A stretch of 64,000 nucleotides of DNA from the NCBI GenBank assembly GCA_035528155.1, contig DATKZA010000121.1:26554-90553 (forward strand). Reading direction: 5' to 3'. A program made the position numbers and the translations under genes. This document shows positions 12,767 to 21,222 of this stretch, piece after piece. Under the pieces are notes generated by a model. That model had not been told where the DNA came from. It searched no databases and saw nothing but the letters and a program-made list of their open reading frames with translations. The first letter of the stretch is position 1; every line of letters begins with the position of its first letter. This stretch comes from Patescibacteria group bacterium (GTDB lineage Bacteria > Acidobacteriota > Aminicenantia > UBA2199).

Positions 12767-13429
12767 ATGAAAAAAAATACTCCCATCATTTTCACGATAG
12801 TTTGCATGCTGCTGCTTGCCAATGCGCAACTCATGGCCTATCAGCAACCGGCCAAGAAAAGTTTCCTTAAGAAACAATTCTGCCTGCGCGGCGGCTTGAA
12901 TATGTTCGGAATCAATGGCGCGGATAGCGATTATGTGGCCGGAAGCAATGATTTTCCCACTACTCCTGCTTATCAGAGCCCGGTCGTTGGTTTCAGCTTC
13001 GCTGTTTTCACTTCCCGTTCTTTTGCCATAGGTCTGGATGTCCGTTACGGTCTTTCCGCTTCAATCGATTTGCGCGACCCTTCCGATGAAGAAACAATTC
13101 CGGTTGATGCGCCTAAAAATCTTACCGCTGTCTTCAATCTTTACAAGTATTTTGATTTTTCCAAACGATTGGGATTGTATGTTTCCCTTGGTGGCGGCAT
13201 GGAAAATCTTATGGCGGAGGAAAAGGAATATCTGTCCAATCTGGGCAGCAAAATCATCATCGCCCGTCCCCAAAAAACGCTTTCGCCCCTGGCTGCCGGC
13301 GGCATCGGCCTGCAGGCGATGCTGAACCGTTCACTGGGGATTGTTTTTGATTTTCAGGCTCTCTACATTTTTAGAAAAACAGCTCAAGTGCTCTTCTCCC
13401 CCTCCCTGGCCCTGGTGTTCAAGTTCTAA
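12767..13429 (+). CDS. Small outer-membrane beta-barrel protein (OmpA/OmpW-like); real start MKKNTP at 12767
   Basis: Signal peptide, alternating amphipathic strands, C-terminal ...LVFKF ending in Phe; AAGGAG RBS. Confidence 0.6.
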   Translation: MKKNTPIIFTIVCMLLLANAQLMAYQQPAKKSFLKKQFCLRGGLNMFGINGADSDYVAGSNDFPTTPAYQSPVVGFSFAVFTSRSFAIGLDVRYGLSASIDLRDPSDEETIPVDAPKNLTAVFNLYKYFDFSKRLGLYVSLGGGMENLMAEEKEYLSNLGSKIIIARPQKTLSPLAAGGIGLQAMLNRSLGIVFDFQALYIFRKTAQVLFSPSLALVFKF

Positions 13430-13456
13430 ATTGTAAGGACCGGGTTTTTCGGGTTT

Positions 13457-13594
13457 TCAGGAACAGCTGATCCGGTTCTTGCCGTTTTTCTTGCTTTTGT
13501 ACATCAGCAGGTCGATATTGCTCCCAGCTCCAGTCAAGTGAGGGCGACCGTGCTCTCTTCCTCCTTGGTCATGATGTTCAGGCGCATGGTTTTA
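13457..13594 (-). pseudogene. Out-of-frame C-terminal remnant of a GGDEF domain (NIDLLMYKSKKNGKNRISCS*)
   Basis: Translation of the -1-shifted frame gives (A)DxLMYKSKKNGKNRI, matching the GGDEF C-terminal consensus ADxALYxAKxxGRNR(V/I); no start codon in this frame. Confidence 0.3.
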
Positions 13595-13821
13595 TGGTTC
13601 ATATCGATATTGATGATATCGACTTCCAGGTTTTCATTTAATTCCAGTGATTTGAGCTTGGTGGTGATCTCCAACAGGGAATCGGTCGAGAGCTTTTCGT
13701 ATCTTAACTCAGCCCTGATCGTGGCGTAGTTGCCGCGGTCGAATTGATCGATGCGCAGGATGGCGAAACCGTAACGGTCAAAAACATCATAAATCAATTG
13801 CGGATCATAAGTGCTTTGCAT
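13534..13821 (-). CDS. Small hypothetical protein (95 aa) with a degenerate GGDEF-like N-terminal half; likely part of a decayed diguanylate cyclase
   Basis: FAILRIDQFDRGNYATIRAEL resembles the LxxDIDHFKxxND segment of GGDEF; lower GC than the surroundings; no GG(D/E)EF motif. Confidence 0.3.
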   Translation of the reverse strand: MQSTYDPQLIYDVFDRYGFAILRIDQFDRGNYATIRAELRYEKLSTDSLLEITTKLKSLELNENLEVDIINIDMNHKTMRLNIMTKEEESTVALT

Positions 13822-14005
13822 GATTGCCCCCGACCTTTGAGAAAATTTGTCATAAGCGGCTGCATTTTCTCTTTCATTAATATAGAATACTTTGCCTGCA
13901 AAATCAATACAATGCCCCTTTTTGCAAATTTCGGCATGGCCGGGTCGGTTCGGCCGGGGCTTGCAATCTGGCCTATCTTGATTTAAAATTTCCCCGGGTG
14001 TTGAC

Positions 14006-16033
14006 ATGATGGATAAAATCGGCAAATACACGATAAGCGGCGAAATCGGCAAGGGCGGCATGGGGGTGGTCTACCGCGGCCTGGATCCCGTGATCGGCCG
14101 TTCCGTGGCCGTCAAAACCGTCCGCCTCGATATCCTGAGGGGGGAGAGCGGCAGGGAAGACGCGCTCAAGCGCTTCCTGCGCGAAGCCCAGGCGGCCGGC
14201 AATCTCTCCCATGCCAATATCGTTACCATTTACGATGTCGGCGAACACGAGGGGCTGATCTATATTGCCATGGAGTTCATCGACGGCTGCAGCCTGGAGC
14301 AACTGCTGCAGCAGGAAAGGAAATTCACACTGCAAGAGATCACCCATTTGTTCAGCCAGATCGGCTCGGCCCTGGATTACGCCCATGGGAAGGGGATCGT
14401 CCACCGCGACATCAAGCCGGCTAACATCCTGGTCGGGCGGGACCTCAAGGTCTCCATCGTCGATTTCGGCATCGCCCGTACCGCCGCCTCGACCATGACC
14501 CAGACCGGCATGCTCATGGGGACACCGCGCTACATGTCCCCCGAGCAGATTGCCGGAAAAAAGGTGGACAACCGTTCTGACATTTTTTCCCTGGGAGCCA
14601 TCTTGTACGAGCTGTTGACCCAGCACAATCCCTTCGCAGGCGAGAGCATTACCACCGTCATTTACAAGATCATGCACGCCGAACTTCCCCCGCTCAGCGA
14701 TTTCAACAAGCAGCTGCCGGCCGGCCTGGAAGGCGTGGTCAAAAAGGCTCTGGCTCGCGACGCCGACGCCCGGTATCACAGCTGCGGCGAACTGCTTGCC
14801 GACTTGAAAAAATACGCTTTGGCCGTTCCGCAAGGCGCCACGGTCAGGGAAAGCAATTTTTACGACCATGATACGCAGCTTTTGGAAGTTGCCGGGAACA
14901 CGGTTTTTTCCGCGCCGCGCCGCCGCCGGAAACCGCTGTTGTTTTTGACGGCGTTGCTGGTCGGATTGCTGGCCGCCGCCCTTTTTGTCTTCTGGCCCGG
15001 GAGGCGAACGAATGTTCTTCCTTCCCCTGAAGGCGGTGAGATTTCCCGGCCGGCAGCCGCCCAGGAAAACAGCGGGACCGCGGGCCGCGATGTCGCTCCC
15101 GATCAAGCTGCGGTTGACACGTCCGGCCCGGACGGCCTTTTGCCTGGAGGCGAACCGGAGCCGGCCAAGAAGACCGACACCCTGCCGGCTGCCGCTGGGA
15201 CCGGTGTCCGGCCCGGGGCGCCCGTTGAAAAGCCGCTTGCTGAAATTGCCCAGGCGCAAAGCGTTGCCGGTGGGATTCAGGATGAAAGATCGCGCGCCGA
15301 GGCCGCAGCTGCCAATAAAAAAGGCTTCCTGGAGCGGGTTTTTTTCAACGGCACGGTTATGGTACAGGTCCGCCAGGGCAATTTTACCATCGGTTCTCCC
15401 AGGGGGGAAGGCGACGCCGACGAACATCCGGCCCACAAGATATTCATCAGCGATTTCTGGCTGGGAAAAACCGAAGTGACTTTTGAGCAGTTCGATTTAT
15501 TCTGTCGTGAAACCGGGCGCAGCCTGCCAAGCGATGAGGGTTGGGGCCGGGGCAGCCGGCCGGTGATCAATGTTTCCTGGGACGACGCGGACAGCTACTG
15601 CCGCTGGCTGGCGCAAAAAACCGGCCGCAACTTCCGCCTGCCGCGCGAGGCCGAATGGGAGAAAGCCGCCCGCGAAAAGTATCCCTGGGGCAGGAGCTCT
15701 CCAAGCGCAAACCAGGTCAACATGAAGGGCAAGGCGGACGGTTTTGCCTTCACCGCCCCGGTCGGCTCGTTTGCTTTAGGAGAATCGCCTTACGGCATCC
15801 TGGACATGGCCGGGAACGTCTGGGAATGGATGGCCGACTGGTACGACCCCGGCTATTACCAGGCAGCGGCCGGCCGCGACCCGCAAGGTCCGGCCGCGGG
15901 CAAAGACCGGGTGGTACGCGGCGGTTCCTGGAGAGACGGATTGGAGCTGATCCGTTCCGCCAACCGCAGCAGCGAGCGTCCGGAGCGGCGCCTGAACGTG
16001 CTGGGCTTCCGCGTGGCCATGGACTACCGCTGA
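14006..16033 (+). CDS. Hanks-type Ser/Thr protein kinase fused to a C-terminal formylglycine-generating-enzyme (FGE/SUMF1) domain
   Basis: Kinase motifs GxGxxG, VAVK, HRDIKPANIL, DFGIA, SPE; TM helix; C-terminal FGE-sulfatase region ending RGGSWRD...VLGFRVAMDYR. Confidence 0.85.
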   Translation: MMDKIGKYTISGEIGKGGMGVVYRGLDPVIGRSVAVKTVRLDILRGESGREDALKRFLREAQAAGNLSHANIVTIYDVGEHEGLIYIAMEFIDGCSLEQLLQQERKFTLQEITHLFSQIGSALDYAHGKGIVHRDIKPANILVGRDLKVSIVDFGIARTAASTMTQTGMLMGTPRYMSPEQIAGKKVDNRSDIFSLGAILYELLTQHNPFAGESITTVIYKIMHAELPPLSDFNKQLPAGLEGVVKKALARDADARYHSCGELLADLKKYALAVPQGATVRESNFYDHDTQLLEVAGNTVFSAPRRRRKPLLFLTALLVGLLAAALFVFWPGRRTNVLPSPEGGEISRPAAAQENSGTAGRDVAPDQAAVDTSGPDGLLPGGEPEPAKKTDTLPAAAGTGVRPGAPVEKPLAEIAQAQSVAGGIQDERSRAEAAAANKKGFLERVFFNGTVMVQVRQGNFTIGSPRGEGDADEHPAHKIFISDFWLGKTEVTFEQFDLFCRETGRSLPSDEGWGRGSRPVINVSWDDADSYCRWLAQKTGRNFRLPREAEWEKAAREKYPWGRSSPSANQVNMKGKADGFAFTAPVGSFALGESPYGILDMAGNVWEWMADWYDPGYYQAAAGRDPQGPAAGKDRVVRGGSWRDGLELIRSANRSSERPERRLNVLGFRVAMDYR

Positions 16034-16749
16034 TGGCCGCCCTCACCTCGCTGCATGCCCTGATCGAAGCCCTGAGGGACGGAGCGCCGATCAACAAGGT
16101 TCTGCTCAACCGCTCGCGCCAGGACGCGAAGATGCGCACCGTGATCGAGTTGTGCCGCCGGCGCGGCGTGATCTTTCAGCTCGTCCCGGCTGAAGCCGTC
16201 GACCGCAAGGCCGGCGTCAGGAACCAGGGCGTATGGGCCGAGATCGCGCCCGTCGGTTTTGTTTCCCTCGATTCGCTGCTGGCCGCGGTCAAAACCGGCC
16301 TGGTCGTGATCCTGGACGGCATCGAGGATACCGGCAACCTGGGGGCCATCGTGCGCAGCGCCGCCGCCGTGGAAGCCGACGGGATTCTGGTCTCCATCCG
16401 CGGCTCGGCCCCGGTCAACGACACCGTCTGGAAGACCTCGGCCGGGACCCTGGGGAAAGTGAGCCTGGTCCAGTCGCGCAACCTGGCCATGGATATCGAG
16501 AAATTGAAAAAAGCCGGTTTCTGGGTGGTGGCGGCCGACCAGCGCGCCGGCATAAATTTTTATGACTTTGATTTCAAGGGCAGAACCGCCGTGATATTGG
16601 GAAACGAAAGCAAGGGGGTCTCGGCCCTGCTGAAAAAAAATGCCGACCAGCTTCTGGCCATTCCCCATTCGCCGGCCGTGGAATCGCTCAACGTGTCGGC
16701 CGCGGCGGCCATCATGCTGTTCGAGGCCTATCGGCAGAAGAACAAGTAA
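16033..16749 (+). CDS. rlmB: SpoU/TrmH-family rRNA 2'-O-methyltransferase (RlmB-like); start overlaps the kinase stop (TGATG)
   Basis: SpoU methylase motifs LDGIEDTGNLGAIVRSAAA, AVILGNESKGVS, LNVSAAAAIMLFE. Confidence 0.8.
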   Translation: MAALTSLHALIEALRDGAPINKVLLNRSRQDAKMRTVIELCRRRGVIFQLVPAEAVDRKAGVRNQGVWAEIAPVGFVSLDSLLAAVKTGLVVILDGIEDTGNLGAIVRSAAAVEADGILVSIRGSAPVNDTVWKTSAGTLGKVSLVQSRNLAMDIEKLKKAGFWVVAADQRAGINFYDFDFKGRTAVILGNESKGVSALLKKNADQLLAIPHSPAVESLNVSAAAAIMLFEAYRQKNK

Positions 16750-16903
16750 CCTGGGTTCCGGGGAACAGCGAAAACCAAAAAGCAGGGCTCGAAGTTCGAC
16801 GTTGGAACGCCATAGACGAAATCCAAGCCTCGCAGCCAGCGGGCAGGCCTGCCCTGAGGGAACAAATATTTTTAATAAACAAAAATTCTGTTATAATCAA
16901 GAC

Positions 16904-17296
16904 ATGGCGAAAAAAGGCTTTACCCTGATCGAGCTGCTGATCGTGGTCACCCTGATCGGCATCTTGGTGGCGATCATGGTGCCGCAGTACAAGTATTCGG
17001 TTTTGCGGGCCAAGGAGGCGGTCCTGAAGGAGAACCTGTTCCAGTTGCGGGACGCCATCAACAAGTATTATTTCGACAAGAAAAAGTATCCGGCCAGTCT
17101 TGACGACCTGGTCACGGCGCGCTACCTGCGCGAGGTCCCCTTTGATCCCATCAGCAAAAGCAGTGAATGGGAGTTGATCCGGACCGAGCCCCTGGAGGAC
17201 GAGGAATTCGATCCCGAGGCCGACCAGGGCATTATCGACGTCAAATGCCTGTCCAAGGCCACCTCCATGGACGGCACGCCCTATGCCGATTGGTAG
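16904..17296 (+). CDS. Type II secretion/type IV pilus pseudopilin (GspG-like) with a prepilin N-terminal methylation motif
   Basis: MAKKGFTLIELLIVVTLIGILVAI is a classic prepilin peptidase site G|FTLIE; extended -10 TGTTATAAT immediately upstream. Confidence 0.75.
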   Translation: MAKKGFTLIELLIVVTLIGILVAIMVPQYKYSVLRAKEAVLKENLFQLRDAINKYYFDKKKYPASLDDLVTARYLREVPFDPISKSSEWELIRTEPLEDEEFDPEADQGIIDVKCLSKATSMDGTPYADW

Positions 17297-17305
17297 GGGG
17301 CGGCG

Positions 17306-17824
17306 GTGAAAAAACGGCCTTTTGCCGGCCGCGCCGGCTACGTCATGATCGTGCTGATGATCGCCGTGGCGGTGCTGAGCGTGTTCATGCTCATGGCCGT
17401 GCCGCTCTGGCAGACCATGATGCAGCGCGAGGCCGAGGAGGAGCTGATCTTCCGCGCCCGCCAGTACGTCAGCGCCATCGGCTTTTACGTCAAAAGCCAC
17501 AACAACCTCTACCCGCAGAATTTCGAAATCCTGCACCTGGAAAAATTCCTGCGCCGGCTCTATCCCGATCCGGTCAGCGCCGACGGTCGTTGGGACATGG
17601 TTTTCAAGGATACTACCGGCGGCGAGGCCAAATACCTCGTGGTCCCGGCCCACCTGGCCCAGGCCTATTTCAGCCGGGCCGTGCTTGTGGGCGTATGCTC
17701 CACTTCCCCGGAAACGGCTTTCCGCGAATATCGCGGCAAAAAGAAATACAATGAATGGGCTTTTTACCTGGGTGAAAAGGAAAACGAGAAAATGCCCGAG
17801 CTGCAGTACGAGGGCGGCCAGTGA
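17306..17824 (+). CDS. Prepilin-like protein lacking the conserved Glu+5 (minor pseudopilin-like); GTG start
   Basis: Leader MKKRPFAGRAG|YVMIVLMIAVAVLSV resembles a prepilin N-terminus but has V at +5. Confidence 0.45.
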   Translation: MKKRPFAGRAGYVMIVLMIAVAVLSVFMLMAVPLWQTMMQREAEEELIFRARQYVSAIGFYVKSHNNLYPQNFEILHLEKFLRRLYPDPVSADGRWDMVFKDTTGGEAKYLVVPAHLAQAYFSRAVLVGVCSTSPETAFREYRGKKKYNEWAFYLGEKENEKMPELQYEGGQ

Positions 17825-18945
17825 AGAACATCCTGCTGGTGGCGGCCGAAAATTCGGCCGAAACCTACGCCGTGCAGGTCCTGAAGGAATTTCAGGCCCG
17901 GGGCGACCACTTCCATTTCTGGGGAATTGGCGGCGACCGCCTGGCCGCCAACGGCTTTGAAAACCTGGTGCACAACCGCTCGCTGTCGGTGGTGGGCATC
18001 GTCGAGGTCGCGGCCCACCTCTTGCGCATCCGGCGGGTGCTGAACCTGGTCCTGCGCCGGGCGCGGGAACGCAAAGCCGACGCCGCCCTGCTGATCGACT
18101 ATCCCGACTTCAACCTGCGCTTGGCCCGCCGCCTGCGCCGGGCCGGTATCCCGGTTTATTACTACATCAGCCCCACGGTCTGGGCCTGGCGATACGGCCG
18201 GGTCGAGCAGATCCGCCGCTGGGTGAGCCGGCTGTTCATCATTTTTCCTTTTGAAGTGCCCATTTACGAAATGGAAAAGGTGACCTTCACCTATACCGGC
18301 CATCCGCTCCTGGCCGAGGTGCGGGTCAGCGAACCGCGAGAGGAATTCCGCCGCCGCCACGGCGTGGCCGCCGGCGACATCCTGCTGGCGCTGCTGCCGG
18401 GCAGCCGCGAGGCCGAGGTGCGCACGCTGCTGCCCGAGATCATGGGAGCCGTGCGCCGCCTGCAAAAGGAATTTCCCCTGAAAGTGTTTCTGCAGAAAGC
18501 GCAGAATATTCACCAGGAGCAACTGGCCGCGGTCGACCCGGATATCCGCGTCCTGGACCAGGAACAGGGCTTCGACCTGCTCAACGCCGCCGACGCGGTC
18601 ATCACCACTTGCGGCACTTCCAACCTGGAGGCGGCCTTGCTCGGGGTCCCTTTTGTCGCCGTGTACCGCGTCAACCGCCTGACCTACCTGCTGGGCAGGC
18701 GCTTTGTCAAGATCGGTCTATATTCCATTGTCAATATCCTGGCTGGGCGCCAGGTTGCGACCGAGCTGATACAAAAAGAGTGCCGGACCGGGCGCATTTA
18801 TGAGGAAACCAAAAAGATCCTGGACGATCCCCGGCTGCGGGAAGAAATGCGGCGAGAGTTCCGGCGCATCAAGGATAGCCTTAGCCAGGAAGAGAAACCC
18901 GCCGTCATCATCTGCCGCCAGATCGGCGCCGACCTGGAAGGGTGA
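17821..18945 (+). CDS. lpxB: Lipid-A-disaccharide synthase; GTG start overlapping the upstream stop (GTGA)
   Basis: Full-length similarity to LpxB (GT19): MKNILLVAAENSAE...LLIDYPDFNLRLA... Confidence 0.85.
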   Translation: MKNILLVAAENSAETYAVQVLKEFQARGDHFHFWGIGGDRLAANGFENLVHNRSLSVVGIVEVAAHLLRIRRVLNLVLRRARERKADAALLIDYPDFNLRLARRLRRAGIPVYYYISPTVWAWRYGRVEQIRRWVSRLFIIFPFEVPIYEMEKVTFTYTGHPLLAEVRVSEPREEFRRRHGVAAGDILLALLPGSREAEVRTLLPEIMGAVRRLQKEFPLKVFLQKAQNIHQEQLAAVDPDIRVLDQEQGFDLLNAADAVITTCGTSNLEAALLGVPFVAVYRVNRLTYLLGRRFVKIGLYSIVNILAGRQVATELIQKECRTGRIYEETKKILDDPRLREEMRREFRRIKDSLSQEEKPAVIICRQIGADLEG

Positions 18946-19185
18946 GAAAAACTGAGTGGCGCGAGACAAATTCATATTTCTGATCCTACTCAGTAAACTC
19001 ACCCCCGTTCCCCCTCTCTTTTTTTAAGAGAGGGGGTCAAGAAGACTTCCTATTCCCCTTCTCTTGCTAAGAGAAGGGGTAGGGGATGAGTTTCACGCAT
19101 TCAGATTTTCCTGCAAATATTTCATTTTCGAGATTCTATTGTTTTTCTTATTTCTGACCCAACCTGAGGGCCTGACTTTCCTTGC
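18946..19185. repeat. Intergenic cluster of short palindromic repeat units (CCCCTCTCTT-loop-AAGAGAGGGG; GGTAGGGGATGAGTT...GCATTCAGA); same family as 54830-55300
   Basis: ccccctctctttttttaagagaggggg and ccccttctcttgctaagagaaggggtaggggatgagtttcacgcattcaga nearly match units at 54918-54965. Confidence 0.5.
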
Positions 19186-21222
19186 TCAACTGAAACTGAG
19201 TTCCCCGATTTTTTTGGCCAGTGCCGACAAATAATTTTTAACATCGTCGTTCTGCAATTCCGGGTTATGCAAAAGCCGGCGGGCGTCGGTTTGCGCTTCC
19301 TGCAAAAGCCGGTAATCCTTCTTGACGTCCGCCAGCTTGAAATCCAGCTCCCCGGCCTGCTCCAGGCCGGCGATCACGCCGCCGCCGCGAAGTTCCAGGT
19401 CCATCTCAGCGATCTTGAAGCCGTCGTGGTGGGCGGCGACGGCTTGCAGGCGCAGCTTGCCGTTTTCGGTCGGTCGCGGCGACTCGATCAGGAAACAATG
19501 CGACTGCTCTGTCCCGCGTCCCACCCGGCCGCGCAGCTGGTGCAGCTGCGCCAGGCCGTAGCGGTCGGCATTTTCAATGACCATGATGGTGGCGTCGGGA
19601 AAATCGATGCCCACCTCGACCACGGTCGTGGCCAGCAGCAGGCGGACGCCACCTTTGGCAAATTGCTTTAATGCCCGTTCCTTTTGCTCCGCGGTGCTTT
19701 TTCCTGAAAGCACGGCCTGGGGGATGCCGGGCCAGCGGGTTTTGCCTGCCGCCGCTTCTTCCTGGAGTGAACGCAAGTCGGGATAATGCTCTGATTTTTC
19801 GATCAACGGCAGGATGACATAGCCCTTGCGCCCGCTTTCCAGTTCCCCTTTCAGCCGCCGGTAGAATTTGTCGCGGTTCGCGGCATGAACAATAGTAGTA
19901 CAGACCGGCAGCCGCCCGGATAGAGGTTTTTTTAAGGTGGATACGGCCAGGTCGTTGTACAGGGCCAGCAGCATGGTGCGGGGAATGGGGGTGGCGGTGG
20001 TGACCAGCAGGTCGGCGGCCCGGCTTTTGAAAAACAAGGCGGCCCGCTGGGCCACGCCGAAGCGGTGCTGTTCATCGATGACCACCAGGGCCAGGTTTTT
20101 GAAAACGATGCTTTCGCTGATCAGGGCGTGGGTGCCGAAAACCAGGGATATTTCGCCGCAGGCCAGGCGGGCGCGGATCTCCTTTCTGGCTCGGGGTTCG
20201 CAGCCGCCGGTCAGCAGGGCGATACCGTCGCTGCCGAAAAAGGAGCAGGCGTTCCGGTAATGCTGGCGGGCCAGGATCTCGGTCGGGGCCAGTAACGCTC
20301 CCTGGTGACCGTTCTCGCGGGCCAGCAGCAAAGCCAGGAAGGCCACGATGGTCTTGCCGCTGCCGACCTCGCCCTGCAGCAGGCGCTGCATGGTCCGGGG
20401 CGATCGCAGGTCGTTGACGATCTCGCTGAAAGCCGCGACCTGTTCTTCGCTGAGCGGGAACGGCAGGCGGCGGTCGATAGAGCGGCGCAGGTCGTTGTGG
20501 AAGAGGTAACGGTGCAGCCGCCGGCGGCCGTGGAAACATGCGCGGACGAATTGCAGTTCGAGTTGGAAAATGAGCAATTCGCCGTAAATGAAGCGCTCCT
20601 TCATTTTATCGATTTTATCCCGGTTCAGAGCCTGAGGCTGGTGGATGGCGCGCAGGGCCGTTGTTCGTCCGGGAAAGTCATGCCGCTGCAGGACCAGGTC
20701 GGGCAGTGTTTCCCCTTCATCCTGCCAGGAGGCGAGTATGCCGGCAATGATCTTGCGTATGGTTCCGGCTTTCAGCGCGGCCAGTGGCCGGTAACGGGGA
20801 AGAATACCGCCAACGCGGTTTTCCGGCGCCAGCAGCGGATTGACCATCTGCCACCTGTCCTGGCGTTCTTCGATACGGCCGAAAACGTAGGCCGGTTCTT
20901 GCCGGCGCAGGGTTTCCAGCAGGTAGGGTTGGTTGAAAAAGACCAGGGTTACCGGGCGTCCGCCGATCTGGCCCTGGGCCGTGAGCAAGGAGGATCTTTT
21001 CCTGAAATTGCGGCTCACCCGGACGCGGCCGACGGTGAAGGCGTAGAGCCCTTCCCGGCCGGGTAAGGGGGATGCCTCGATTTTAGATAAATCCAGGTAG
21101 GTTTCGGGAAAATACAGCAGCAGCTCTGCGGCCGTGGCCATGCCGCGGCGGCGCAGGATAGCGGCGTAACTGGGGCCGATCCCCTTGAGTTTTTCAACCG
21201 GGGTGTCTGGCGTGATGGTCAA
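19186..21222 (-). CDS. recG: ATP-dependent DNA helicase RecG
   Basis: Wedge domain followed by SF2 helicase motifs (GEVGSGKT, DEQHRFG, QLRGRVGRG) over 678 aa. Confidence 0.9.
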   Translation of the reverse strand: MTITPDTPVEKLKGIGPSYAAILRRRGMATAAELLLYFPETYLDLSKIEASPLPGREGLYAFTVGRVRVSRNFRKRSSLLTAQGQIGGRPVTLVFFNQPYLLETLRRQEPAYVFGRIEERQDRWQMVNPLLAPENRVGGILPRYRPLAALKAGTIRKIIAGILASWQDEGETLPDLVLQRHDFPGRTTALRAIHQPQALNRDKIDKMKERFIYGELLIFQLELQFVRACFHGRRRLHRYLFHNDLRRSIDRRLPFPLSEEQVAAFSEIVNDLRSPRTMQRLLQGEVGSGKTIVAFLALLLARENGHQGALLAPTEILARQHYRNACSFFGSDGIALLTGGCEPRARKEIRARLACGEISLVFGTHALISESIVFKNLALVVIDEQHRFGVAQRAALFFKSRAADLLVTTATPIPRTMLLALYNDLAVSTLKKPLSGRLPVCTTIVHAANRDKFYRRLKGELESGRKGYVILPLIEKSEHYPDLRSLQEEAAAGKTRWPGIPQAVLSGKSTAEQKERALKQFAKGGVRLLLATTVVEVGIDFPDATIMVIENADRYGLAQLHQLRGRVGRGTEQSHCFLIESPRPTENGKLRLQAVAAHHDGFKIAEMDLELRGGGVIAGLEQAGELDFKLADVKKDYRLLQEAQTDARRLLHNPELQNDDVKNYLSALAKKIGELSFS

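Noticed and set aside
13822-14061. N-terminal 80 aa of the 175-aa track ORF 13534-14061
   Set aside because: It would overlap the divergent kinase start by 56 nt. The internal start at 13821 removes the conflict and gives a 95-aa product.
13973-15436. 487-aa minus ORF overlapping the Ser/Thr kinase gene
   Set aside because: Antisense to a kinase with all Hanks motifs; also conflicts with the divergent small ORF.
16024-17653. Long minus-strand ORFs (16024-16668, 16712-17653) and Arg/Pro-rich plus ORFs (15541 frame, 17167-17754)
   Set aside because: They overlap rlmB, the pseudopilin genes and lpxB, which have clear motifs; the translations are low-complexity.
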